Below the pieces are notes generated by a model. That model searched no databases, was not told where the DNA came from, and saw only the letters and a program-made list of their open reading frames with translations. From the NCBI GenBank assembly GCA_945898515.1, contig CAMDIH010000003.1, positions 991-64,990 of the forward strand: a stretch of 64,000 bases of DNA. The letters run 5' to 3'. The position numbers and the translations under genes are program-made. Each line of letters begins with the position of its first letter. The stretch's first letter is position 1. Of this stretch, positions 8,976-17,618 are shown one piece after another. This stretch comes from Candidatus Neomicrothrix parvicella RN1 (GTDB lineage Bacteria; Actinomycetota; Acidimicrobiia; Acidimicrobiales; VFJN01).

Positions 8976-11900
8976 TTAGGCCACGATGGCGCTCGCTCCC
9001 AGCATCACCCGTAGCTCGGCTAGGAGCGGGGGCACCACCTCCACCGTCCAGGCCTCCGGGAGTCGCAGGACCTGTCGCTCGCCGAGATGCAAGAGCACCG
9101 GCGACTCCCCCGGATAGGCCGCCAGAACACGCTTGAGTTCCTCGATCAACGTCTCCGACACCGCCGCCGCGGGGATGTTCAGCTGCAGCGGGAACCCCTC
9201 GCCCGACATCGGCTCGAAGATCTCGATATCCATGGCGATCAACTTGGGTTGATCGTCCCGGGCATCGACGCGCGCCTTCACCACGACGATGGCATCCTCG
9301 GTCAACTTGTGGCCGTGCTCCGACATCGACTTGGGGAACACCATGACCTCAACCGAACTCTGCAGATCCTCCAACACAAACACCGCCATCAGATCGCCCT
9401 TCTTCGTCCATTTGCGCTGCAGGGTCGTAAGCACACCGCCGAAACTCATGACGTGTCCGTCGGGTAGCTCGGCCAGGTCGGCCAGCGTCGCATCGGTGCG
9501 ACGACGCAACGATGCCTCGGCCCCCATCAACGGATGGTCGCTGACGTAGAGGCCCAGCATTTCCTTCTCGAAACTCAAGCGTTCCCGTTTGGCAAACTCA
9601 ACCGTGGGGATCGGCGGGCGCTCATCGAACATCTCGCCGGCGTCCTCTACCTCACCGAAGAGCGACATCACCCCCATGTCGCGTTCTCGGCGCCGGGCGA
9701 TGGTGGAGTCGATGATGTGCTCGAAGGATCGCAACAAACCCTGACGGGTGTGCCCCAGGCTGTCGAACCCCCCGGCCTTGATCAGCGACTCGATGGTCTT
9801 CTTATTGAGAACCTGAAAATCCACCCGTTCCACGAAATCGTAAAAATCCTTGAACGGCCCGTTGGCGTCGCGCTCGGCGATGAGCAGACCCACCAGGCCG
9901 CCGCCCACGTTGCGAATCGCCGACAGGCCGAACACGATGGAACGCTCGTCGCGGCCCTCCCCTGTCACCGGCGTGAAATCAGCCACCGACCGATTCACGT
10001 CGGGCACGAGCACCAGGACCTTCATGGTGCGACACTCGGAGAGGTAGATGGCCGCCTTATCGAGGTTGGTCTTCACGCTGGTGAGGAGGGCGGCAAGGTA
10101 CTCGGCGGGGTAGTGCGCCTTGAGGAAGGCCGTCTGATAGGCGATGAAGCCGTACCCGAAACTGTGCGACTTGTTGAAGGCGTAGTCGGCGAACTGCTCG
10201 ATCGTGATGAACAGCGAGGTGCCCAACGCCTCGCCGTAGCCGGTGGCCTCCACGCCCTGCACGAAGGCCGCCTTCTCCTTCGCCATGACCTCACGCGATT
10301 TCTTACCCATGGCCTTACGGAGGTTGTCGGCCTGAGCGAGGGAGTAGCCGGCGAAACGTTGCGCCACCCGCATGATGAGCTCTTGGTAGATCATCAGGCC
10401 GTAGGTGTCGGCGAGCAGTTCCTCGGCATCGGGATGGAAATACTCAATGGGTTTGCGACCGTTCTTACGGTCGGCGTAATCGTTGTGCATGTTGGCCGCC
10501 ATAGGCCCCGGTCGGTAGAGCGCCACGAGCGCCGCCACGTCTTCGAAACTCGATGGGGCCAACGACCGCATCAGCGCCCGCATCGGGCCGCTCTCCAGTT
10601 GGAACACTCCGATGGAATCGCCCCGGCACAGCAGTCCAAGGGTCTCGGGATCGTCTAGCGGGACGCCGTCGATGTCCAGTTGGATGCCACGAGTCTCCTC
10701 GAGAATCACCAGGGTGTCGCTGATCACATCGAGGTTCCGTAAGCCCAGGAAATCCATCTTGAGGAGGCCCAGTTCTTCCACCCCGTGCATCTCGTACTGG
10801 GTGACTACCGGCGTGTTATCCGTAGCCTCGCCCCCCACGGGCTTGCGCTGGATGGGGAGGTAGGTGGTGAGCGGCTCCTTGGTAATCACCACGGCGGCGG
10901 CATGAATGCCGTCCTGGCGTCGCATGCCCTCGAGCCCCTTGGCCACCTCGATGACCTTGGCGGCATCGGGATCTTCGTCGCGCATCTTGCGCAGATCCCC
11001 CGCCATGTTGAAGCCCTCCTCGTACTTCGGATCGAGATCCAGACAGGCCCGCAGCGGCGTGTCGCGGCCCATGATCAGCGGCGGCATGGCCTTGGCCACC
11101 TTGTCGCCCACGATGTAGGGATACCCAAGCACTCGGGCGGCGTCGCGCACCGCCGCCCGGGCCTTGATGGTGGAGAAGGTAACGATCTGCGCCACGTGGT
11201 CGCGCCCGTACATCTCGGCGGCGTACCGGATCATCTCGTCCCGGTAGCGGGAGTCGAAGTCCATATCGATGTCGGGCATCGAGACCCGACTCGGGTTCAG
11301 GAACCGCTCGAAAAGAAGGTCGTAGCGGATCGGATCGAGGTCGGTGATCCACAACGCATAGGCCACGGCGCAACCGGCCGCACTCCCCCGGCCTGGGCCC
11401 ACCCGGATGCCGTTATCGCGGGCGTGTTTGATGAGGTCCCACACGATGAGGAAGTACGACGAGAAGCCCATCGTCTCGATCACCTGAAGTTCGTACACAA
11501 TCCGATCCACGGTGGCATCGCTAAGGCCGTCCCCCCAGCGGCGGCGGGCTCCTTCCATCGTGAGGTGGCGGAGGTACTCGGAGTCGGTGGCGAAGCCCTC
11601 CGGCAGCGGGAACATCGGTAGTTGCGGCTTGCCGAACTCGATCTCCACATGGGCTCGCTCGGCGATCCACAGCGTGTTGTCGCAAGCCTCGGGAATCTCC
11701 TCGAACAGATACCGCATCTCCTGGGACGACTTCAGGTAGTGCTCATCACCGTGGAATTTCAAGCGATCCGGATCGCTCATGAGCGACGACGTCTGGACGC
11801 ACAACAAGGCATCGTGCGCGACGGAGTCCTCGCGCGCCACGTAGTGGCTGTCGTTGGTGGCCAACAGGGGCGCTTGCAGTTGCTTGGCGATCTCGAGCAG

Positions 11901-12548
11901 GGCCGGATTCGTGCGGTGCTGGTCGGGGATGCCGTGATCCTGCATCTCAATGAAGAAGTTGTCGCGTCCGAAGATGTCTTGGAATCGCCCCGCCGCTTTC
12001 AGGGCCCCGTCGTGGTCGTCTCGGAGGAGTTTCTGCAACACGTGCCCGCCGAGACAGCCCGAGGTGACGATCAATCCCTCGCTGTGCTCCTCCAGTAGTT
12101 CCCAATCCACCCGAGCCTTGTAGTAGTAGCCCTCCAGATAGGCCCGAGAGCTCAGCTGGATCAGGTTCTTGTAGCCCTCGTTGGTCTCGGCGAGAGCAGT
12201 GAGGTGGTAATAAAGTTTTCTCCCACCATCCGCTTCGCCACCTCCGTCATCCATGCGGCCGCGTCGGGAGGGGCGCTCGCTGCGGTGCTCGTGGGCCATG
12301 TACAACTCGGAGCCGATAATCGGCTTGATGCCCTGTTGCCGGCACTCTTTGTAGAACTCCAGCACCCCGTACATGTTGCCGTGATCAGTGATCCCGAGCG
12401 CCGGTTGGCCGTCGGAAACAGCTGCCCCCACCACTTCGCTGATCCGGGCCGCGCCATCGAGCATCGAGTATTCGGTGTGCACGTGGAGGTGGGTGAAACT
12501 ATCTGCCACTCCCGACCCCACCTCCTTCGACGGCCACCAGATGCCCAC
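8976..12548 (-). CDS. dnaE: DNA polymerase III alpha subunit
   Basis: 1190 aa. N-terminal PHP domain FTHLHVHTEYSMLDGA, palm/fingers region and C-terminal OB region. Alternative GTG start at 12509. Confidence 0.97.
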   Translation of the reverse strand: MGIWWPSKEVGSGVADSFTHLHVHTEYSMLDGAARISEVVGAAVSDGQPALGITDHGNMYGVLEFYKECRQQGIKPIIGSELYMAHEHRSERPSRRGRMDDGGGEADGGRKLYYHLTALAETNEGYKNLIQLSSRAYLEGYYYKARVDWELLEEHSEGLIVTSGCLGGHVLQKLLRDDHDGALKAAGRFQDIFGRDNFFIEMQDHGIPDQHRTNPALLEIAKQLQAPLLATNDSHYVAREDSVAHDALLCVQTSSLMSDPDRLKFHGDEHYLKSSQEMRYLFEEIPEACDNTLWIAERAHVEIEFGKPQLPMFPLPEGFATDSEYLRHLTMEGARRRWGDGLSDATVDRIVYELQVIETMGFSSYFLIVWDLIKHARDNGIRVGPGRGSAAGCAVAYALWITDLDPIRYDLLFERFLNPSRVSMPDIDMDFDSRYRDEMIRYAAEMYGRDHVAQIVTFSTIKARAAVRDAARVLGYPYIVGDKVAKAMPPLIMGRDTPLRACLDLDPKYEEGFNMAGDLRKMRDEDPDAAKVIEVAKGLEGMRRQDGIHAAAVVITKEPLTTYLPIQRKPVGGEATDNTPVVTQYEMHGVEELGLLKMDFLGLRNLDVISDTLVILEETRGIQLDIDGVPLDDPETLGLLCRGDSIGVFQLESGPMRALMRSLAPSSFEDVAALVALYRPGPMAANMHNDYADRKNGRKPIEYFHPDAEELLADTYGLMIYQELIMRVAQRFAGYSLAQADNLRKAMGKKSREVMAKEKAAFVQGVEATGYGEALGTSLFITIEQFADYAFNKSHSFGYGFIAYQTAFLKAHYPAEYLAALLTSVKTNLDKAAIYLSECRTMKVLVLVPDVNRSVADFTPVTGEGRDERSIVFGLSAIRNVGGGLVGLLIAERDANGPFKDFYDFVERVDFQVLNKKTIESLIKAGGFDSLGHTRQGLLRSFEHIIDSTIARRRERDMGVMSLFGEVEDAGEMFDERPPIPTVEFAKRERLSFEKEMLGLYVSDHPLMGAEASLRRRTDATLADLAELPDGHVMSFGGVLTTLQRKWTKKGDLMAVFVLEDLQSSVEVMVFPKSMSEHGHKLTEDAIVVVKARVDARDDQPKLIAMDIEIFEPMSGEGFPLQLNIPAAAVSETLIEELKRVLAAYPGESPVLLHLGERQVLRLPEAWTVEVVPPLLAELRVMLGASAIVA

Positions 12549-12635
12549 AGGGACATATCCACAACCTGTGGACGAATCACACGGGTGTGATTCGTGACCG
12601 TAGCACCGCCATCCCTGACCGGTCTAGGGGAAACG

Positions 12636-13484
12636 TCAGCGGTGCTGATCGGCGTCGAGTTGGCGGAAGGCGACCCGCAATTCCTCCATCTCGGCTTCGC
12701 CACCGGGGAAGACGATGGCACGCGCCGCCCCGGCGGAATCCAGGGTCACTCCCCGAGCGGTGAAGAAGAGCCGAACCCGCTCATCGAAGCGTTCGCGAAA
12801 CACCTCCGCACCCTCCGGACCCGTCTCGGGAAGGATCGCCACCAGTCGGTGCAGGCGGTGATCGGAGGCGTGCACCACATGGTCCACGGCGCGCACCCCC
12901 TCCGCTAGTTGCCGACCTAGATCACGCAACACAGCCCGGCGTTGGCGGGTGGAGAGCGACTGAAAGGACGTGACGGGCACGTCGAGGGCCACCACGGAGA
13001 ACAAGGTCTGGTACCGGAGGGCGCGCGCCATTTCTAGATCCGTCTGGTGGAGGAGGTAGCGGGCGTTGTGGAGCCCGGTCTCATCATCGATCTCGTCGTA
13101 GAGCGCCAGTTTGTCGAGGGAACCCTCCAACACCTGGGTGGACCAACCCCCCAGCGCGCCAAAAATCAGATAGGCCGCGGCCCGCGCGGCGAGCAGACCG
13201 GTGAACTCGCCGATACCAATGGCCTCGATGGCTGGGGTCCGCAAGGCTGCGTAGATGCCCGTGGCCACCACCGCCGCCGCCACCCCGCCGCGCATCCCGC
13301 CGTACACAAAGGCCAGAAAAATCGGCAGGAACAGCAGGGTGGCGACCACCTCCACGGTGTCGACCCCGCGCACGAAGGACACCAATGCCACCAACCCCAA
13401 CACGGTTAGCCCGGTGATCAGCAACACCCTGCGGGCCTGGGTGTAACTGAGCCGAGTCAGTCGATCTGACAAGGGTGCGGTCAC
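12636..13484 (-). CDS. membrane protein with a degenerate GGDEF-like domain
   Basis: Four N-terminal TM helices followed by DDETGLHNARYL...VVALDV...HRLVAILPETG. The GGDEF signature position reads SDHRL. Confidence 0.6.
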   Translation of the reverse strand: MTAPLSDRLTRLSYTQARRVLLITGLTVLGLVALVSFVRGVDTVEVVATLLFLPIFLAFVYGGMRGGVAAAVVATGIYAALRTPAIEAIGIGEFTGLLAARAAAYLIFGALGGWSTQVLEGSLDKLALYDEIDDETGLHNARYLLHQTDLEMARALRYQTLFSVVALDVPVTSFQSLSTRQRRAVLRDLGRQLAEGVRAVDHVVHASDHRLHRLVAILPETGPEGAEVFRERFDERVRLFFTARGVTLDSAGAARAIVFPGGEAEMEELRVAFRQLDADQHR

Positions 13485-13536
13485 GAGGTGCCAGGCTAGT
13501 CACCCCCTAGTCCTCCGCAGGGTTTATGGTGACCTC

Positions 13537-14031
13537 ATGCCATCAGCACTGCGGGCGCAAGTCGCCCTTGTGGTCCTCCTGGCCATTTTGTTGATCCCCA
13601 TCGGTACGTCCTCGCTACGAGGGTTAACCCATGTGCTCACCTGCAACGAGGAGGCCGCCGCCGACTTCAGCGTGAACTCCGGGGGCGACGCCGCGGTCAC
13701 CTCCTCGGTGACCATCACCCGAGGCGATGCCAACGACGGCACCACCAACGCAGAAGGGGATGTGACGGTCAACGAACTGTGCGGCGGACTGACCCTAGAT
13801 CTGGCCGTAGGCACGGCGCCCCAGGCTGATCGGTTTCCCGTCACCCTCACCATCACCAACAACAGCGCCTACGGGTGGCGGGGTTCGGTACAGATGCAAC
13901 TCGACAACACCGACATCCCGATCACCATCGGCCGCATCGATGCGGGCGGTGTCGCCAAGAACACCTTCGAGCTCCGGGTAGACCCCGACCGGCGCTACGA
14001 GCTCAAGGGCTCGCTGCTCATCGGCCCCTGA
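13537..14031 (+). CDS. secreted or membrane-anchored hypothetical protein
   Basis: N-terminal hydrophobic signal/anchor ALVVLLAILLIPIG and coding-like codon bias. Confidence 0.55.
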   Translation: MPSALRAQVALVVLLAILLIPIGTSSLRGLTHVLTCNEEAAADFSVNSGGDAAVTSSVTITRGDANDGTTNAEGDVTVNELCGGLTLDLAVGTAPQADRFPVTLTITNNSAYGWRGSVQMQLDNTDIPITIGRIDAGGVAKNTFELRVDPDRRYELKGSLLIGP

Positions 14032-14037
14032 GCCGGG

Positions 14038-14529
14038 TTAGAGGTAGGCCCCCGGGGGGGCGCTGGGCGTCCCATCGGCAGGAGGGGCCATGCCGGGGGG
14101 CAACTCGCCTCGCATCTGCTCGAGTTGCTGACGGGCCACCATCTGTTGGGCAAACAGGGTGGCTTGGATCCCGTGAAAGAGCCCCTCGAGCCAGCCCACC
14201 AGTTGCGCCTTAGCGATCTTCAATTCCGCGGCGCTGGGGGTGGCCCCCTCGTCGAAGGGAATGGTGAGGCGAGCCAACTCCTCCTGCAGATCAGGCGACA
14301 GCGAGCCCGCCAACTCCTCGATAGACGTCTCGTAGATTTCACGGAGCCGATCTCGGCTGGGTTCGTCGAGTTCGCTCTGGTGGACCTCATCGAGCAACTG
14401 CTTGATCATCGAGCCGATCCGCATGACCTTGCCGGGCGACTCCACCGCTTCGTGGGGGCCATCGGGGGTTTCGGGCACGACGGCGGGCACGAGTATGTCG
14501 TCTAAAGCAGTGGGAACGGTATCGGACAT
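14038..14529 (-). CDS. bpa: bacterial proteasome activator (Bpa/PafE family)
   Basis: Core KVMRIGSMIKQLLDEV...SRDRLREIYETSIEEL matches my recollection of Rv3780-type proteins. The C-terminus GAYL is an HbYX-type motif. Start is ATG 14529 (alternative TTG 14550). Confidence 0.75.
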   Translation of the reverse strand: MSDTVPTALDDILVPAVVPETPDGPHEAVESPGKVMRIGSMIKQLLDEVHQSELDEPSRDRLREIYETSIEELAGSLSPDLQEELARLTIPFDEGATPSAAELKIAKAQLVGWLEGLFHGIQATLFAQQMVARQQLEQMRGELPPGMAPPADGTPSAPPGAYL

Positions 14530-14556
14530 GACCCGTACCCTACCGACCAAGACGAC

Positions 14557-15660
14557 CTAGTGGGCCACGCCCGCCAGCAAAGGCACGAGCATTTCATCGG
14601 CGGTTAGAGACCCATGGCGACCCACCAGTTGAAAGGGTCCTGTATCGGTGGGGTCCTCGAAGGCCACTGTGCCCTTGGCCGCGAGCAGCACATCACCGAG
14701 TCGACTGGCCGCCGCCTCCGTCACCACAGGGCCATACCACCCCTGCGCGATGGCCTCGGCCCGGGTGCGCACCCAGGCGTGGTCACCTAGCCGAGCCCGA
14801 CACGCCTCTTCGAGATCGGTGCGACGCCCGGCCCGGGCGTGGAGCCACCGAAAGCGACCCTCGCCCGATTGCTGGCCCACATGGGCCAGCACGTCCCCCG
14901 GCAGGGGCAGCACGTTGTCGCCGGTCTCCACCTGCCCGTGGTCGGCGGTAACCACCAAGGCGGTGCCGGACGGAAGTGACTCCAGAAGGGTGGCCACCAG
15001 GTGATCGACCCACCGCAATTCCTCGTCGTACTGGCTGCCGAGGCCGTACTCATGCGACACCTTGTCGAGCCCGTCGTAGTAGGCGTAGAGAAAGCTCTCG
15101 CCGTCCTTGGCCAGTCGGATGATCTCCGCCGCCAGGGTACCTACGGTGCGATAGCCGGTGAAACGCACCTGGTGGAGATGCGCCTGGGTGAAGCCCGTCG
15201 CCGCAAACTCCGCCCGGGTGATCACCGGTGGACGCTGACCTCCAAAACAGGGCTGCGACTGCATCCGGCTCGGGGCAATGGTGCGACGGGCATCACCGGA
15301 TTCCACCGACCAGCGCAGCACATTGAGCACCTCACCCTCTACCGCCATCCGGTACCCCATGATGCCGTGCTCGCCCGGCGGCAAGCCGGTGGTGATGGAG
15401 GTGAGGGCGGTGGCGGTGGTGGAAGGCGCCACGGTGGAGATCGGTCCTCCCTCGAGGCCCGAGAGAGCCGGTGCCAGCTGACGGCGGGCGGCGAGTTGGT
15501 TCCAGCCCAGGCCATCGAGCACCAGCAGCACGACCCGAGGGGCATCGAGCGCCACGGCCGGCATCCACGGCGGGGTCTGGGCCGGGGGCTGGAGCAAGGT
15601 GGGCACCACGTTGGTGATGCAGGCGCCGTCATAGGCAGGGAGGTGGGGGGCATCGGACAT
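14557..15660 (-). CDS. alkaline-phosphatase-superfamily protein (nucleotide pyrophosphatase/phosphodiesterase-like)
   Basis: LVLDGLGWNQL, STTATALTSITTG, YYDGLDKVSHEYG and TADHGQV motifs. Confidence 0.75.
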   Translation of the reverse strand: MSDAPHLPAYDGACITNVVPTLLQPPAQTPPWMPAVALDAPRVVLLVLDGLGWNQLAARRQLAPALSGLEGGPISTVAPSTTATALTSITTGLPPGEHGIMGYRMAVEGEVLNVLRWSVESGDARRTIAPSRMQSQPCFGGQRPPVITRAEFAATGFTQAHLHQVRFTGYRTVGTLAAEIIRLAKDGESFLYAYYDGLDKVSHEYGLGSQYDEELRWVDHLVATLLESLPSGTALVVTADHGQVETGDNVLPLPGDVLAHVGQQSGEGRFRWLHARAGRRTDLEEACRARLGDHAWVRTRAEAIAQGWYGPVVTEAAASRLGDVLLAAKGTVAFEDPTDTGPFQLVGRHGSLTADEMLVPLLAGVAH

Positions 15661-15662
15661 GA

Positions 15663-15680
15663 ACGGTACGACCGTACCGT
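15663..15680. promoter_or_regulatory. 18-bp palindrome, candidate Rrf2 operator
   Basis: ACGGTACG-AC-CGTACCGT, with perfect 8-bp arms. It lies in the 50-bp divergent spacer between the AP-family gene (ATG 15660) and the Rrf2 gene (GTG 15711). Confidence 0.35.
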
Positions 15681-15710
15681 GACCTCACCCCCTGCCCTAG
15701 GGTTGGGCCT

Positions 15711-16160
15711 GTGAAGGTGTCCACCCGGGGTGACTACGCCAGCCGAGCACTTGTCTCCTTGGCCCTGCAACCCGACGACACCGGCCCCACTTCTGTGCGA
15801 GATATCGCGGAGCGCACCGGCCTACCCCAGCCCTACCTCGAACAGATCCTCCTTGCCCTCAAAGGGGCCGGCCTCGTGCATTCCAAACGCGGCGTAGGCG
15901 GCGGCTACACCCTCGCCCGCCAGCCGGAAAAGATCACCCTCGGCGAGATCGTGTCGGCCGTTGATGGTCCGATTGCGCTGGGTGATTTCGGGGAACCCCA
16001 CCAGAACGGTGCCTGTGACCACGAAGGCCAGTGCGTCCTCCTGGCGGTGTGGGCGGGCATCAGCGGTCGCATCCGCACCCACCTCGACAGCTTCACCCTG
16101 GCCGACATCGTGGCCATGTCCCGAGGGCAGGCCGATTGGCCCGACCCTGTCTTGGGCTAA
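15711..16160 (+). CDS. Rrf2-family transcriptional regulator
   Basis: (M)KVSTRGDYASRALVSLA winged-helix N-terminus. Only two Cys (C-x6-C), with nearby His/Glu. Confidence 0.85.
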   Translation: MKVSTRGDYASRALVSLALQPDDTGPTSVRDIAERTGLPQPYLEQILLALKGAGLVHSKRGVGGGYTLARQPEKITLGEIVSAVDGPIALGDFGEPHQNGACDHEGQCVLLAVWAGISGRIRTHLDSFTLADIVAMSRGQADWPDPVLG

Positions 16161-16167
16161 GGAGTCC

Positions 16168-17088
16168 TCAGCGCAAGCGGCCGAGGACCTCGACGAGGTC
16201 GGCGGGAATGGGCGAGGAAAACGACAGGGGGCTCCCCGTAACGGGGTGGGCCAGTTCGAGGAGTTCGGCGTGGAGGAAAGGCCGGCCCATGGGGAGGGAC
16301 TGGCGGGCACCGTCGTAGCGGTTATCGCCCACGACCGGGTGACCGATCGAGCGCAGATGCACCCGGATCTGATGGGTGCGACCCGTCTCCAAGGTGCAGG
16401 CAAGTTCGGTCACCGCCACCGGCTCGGTGAAGGTAGCGAGGACCTCATAGCGGGTGCGGGCCTCCTTACCGCGCGCGTCGATGGCCTGCCGGGTTGGTTC
16501 ACGCATCGATCGAGCGATGGGAGCGTCGATGAGGCCGCGGACAGCATCGAAGGTGCCCCACGCCAGCGCCCGATACCGACGGTGAATCGACCGCGCCGCC
16601 AGCGCTGCCACCAGGGCCTCATAGGCCGCGGGGGTGCGGGCTACCAGCAGCAATCCCGACGTGCCCTTATCGAGACGGTGAACAATGCCCGGCCGGGCTG
16701 CGTCCACTCCCACCGCCACGATCTCGGGATAGCGGGCCAGGAGACCGTGCACGAGGGTGCCCGTGCGCTGACCGGCCCCCGGGTGCACCACCAGACCCGC
16801 GGGCTTGTCGATCACCAACAAATCGTGGTCCTCGTAGACCACCGGCACGACCAAGCCGGGCTCGGGCACCAGACGGGCCGCCTCGGCCCGATCCGGCACA
16901 TCGACCTCCACCACCGCACCGGCGCGGAGCCGCGCCGAACGCGACCCCACCACCGTTCCGTCTACCAACACCACCCCGGCCGACACCAACTCCGCCACCT
17001 CAGACCGACTGATCCCGGTGATCATGGCGACGATGCGATCCACCCGTTCACCCGCCATCGCCTCGGGCACGACGTCGCTCACGATCAT
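16168..17088 (-). CDS. RluA-family 23S rRNA pseudouridine synthase (RluD-like)
   Basis: Contains an S4-like segment, HRLDKGTSGLL and TGRTHQIRVH. ATG 17088 overlaps the lspA stop (ATGA). Confidence 0.9.
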   Translation of the reverse strand: MIVSDVVPEAMAGERVDRIVAMITGISRSEVAELVSAGVVLVDGTVVGSRSARLRAGAVVEVDVPDRAEAARLVPEPGLVVPVVYEDHDLLVIDKPAGLVVHPGAGQRTGTLVHGLLARYPEIVAVGVDAARPGIVHRLDKGTSGLLLVARTPAAYEALVAALAARSIHRRYRALAWGTFDAVRGLIDAPIARSMREPTRQAIDARGKEARTRYEVLATFTEPVAVTELACTLETGRTHQIRVHLRSIGHPVVGDNRYDGARQSLPMGRPFLHAELLELAHPVTGSPLSFSSPIPADLVEVLGRLR

Positions 17089-17618
17089 GTTTGCTCCGCC
17101 ACACCCCGAGAAGACAACACGAGCAAACCAATCCCGATCCATAACGCCGTGTCGGCCAGATTGAACACTGGCCACCACCCCAGGTCCGCAAAGTCCACCA
17201 CCTGCCCACCAAAGAATCCATTACCGGCTCGCAGGGCCCGGTCCAGTTGATTGCCGAGCGCCCCGCCCAGGATGATGCCCAGACCCAGGGCCCGACCGCG
17301 GGTGTCGGCCCGCCAGGCCAGCACCGCCACCAACGCCATAACGGCCAACCCCCCGAGCACGATCACCGGGGTCCACCCGCCGCCGCTCCCGATACCGAAG
17401 GCCACTCCGGGGTTGAATACCAGGCGCAAATCCAGCGGCCCGGCTACGTGGATGGGGCCATCAGCGAGAGCCGAGAGGGCCCAATGCTTGGATAGTTGAT
17501 CCAACACCACTACCGCCGCAGCCGCCCCAAAGGCCAGGCCCCGATAGGAGGCCGGAGCGGTAACGGATTCAGCGACGGGAAAAGCCCGCGCTCTTGCACT
17601 GCACGCACAGGGCAGCAT
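17085..17618 (-). CDS. lspA: lipoprotein signal peptidase II
   Basis: This is the C-terminal part of ORF 17085..17990, with [19 protein letters not shown] and VFNLAD motifs. ATG 17618 is the nearest canonical start but overlaps the upstream gene by 50 nt, so the start is uncertain. Confidence 0.85.
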   Translation of the reverse strand: MLPCACSARARAFPVAESVTAPASYRGLAFGAAAAVVVLDQLSKHWALSALADGPIHVAGPLDLRLVFNPGVAFGIGSGGGWTPVIVLGGLAVMALVAVLAWRADTRGRALGLGIILGGALGNQLDRALRAGNGFFGGQVVDFADLGWWPVFNLADTALWIGIGLLVLSSRGVAEQT

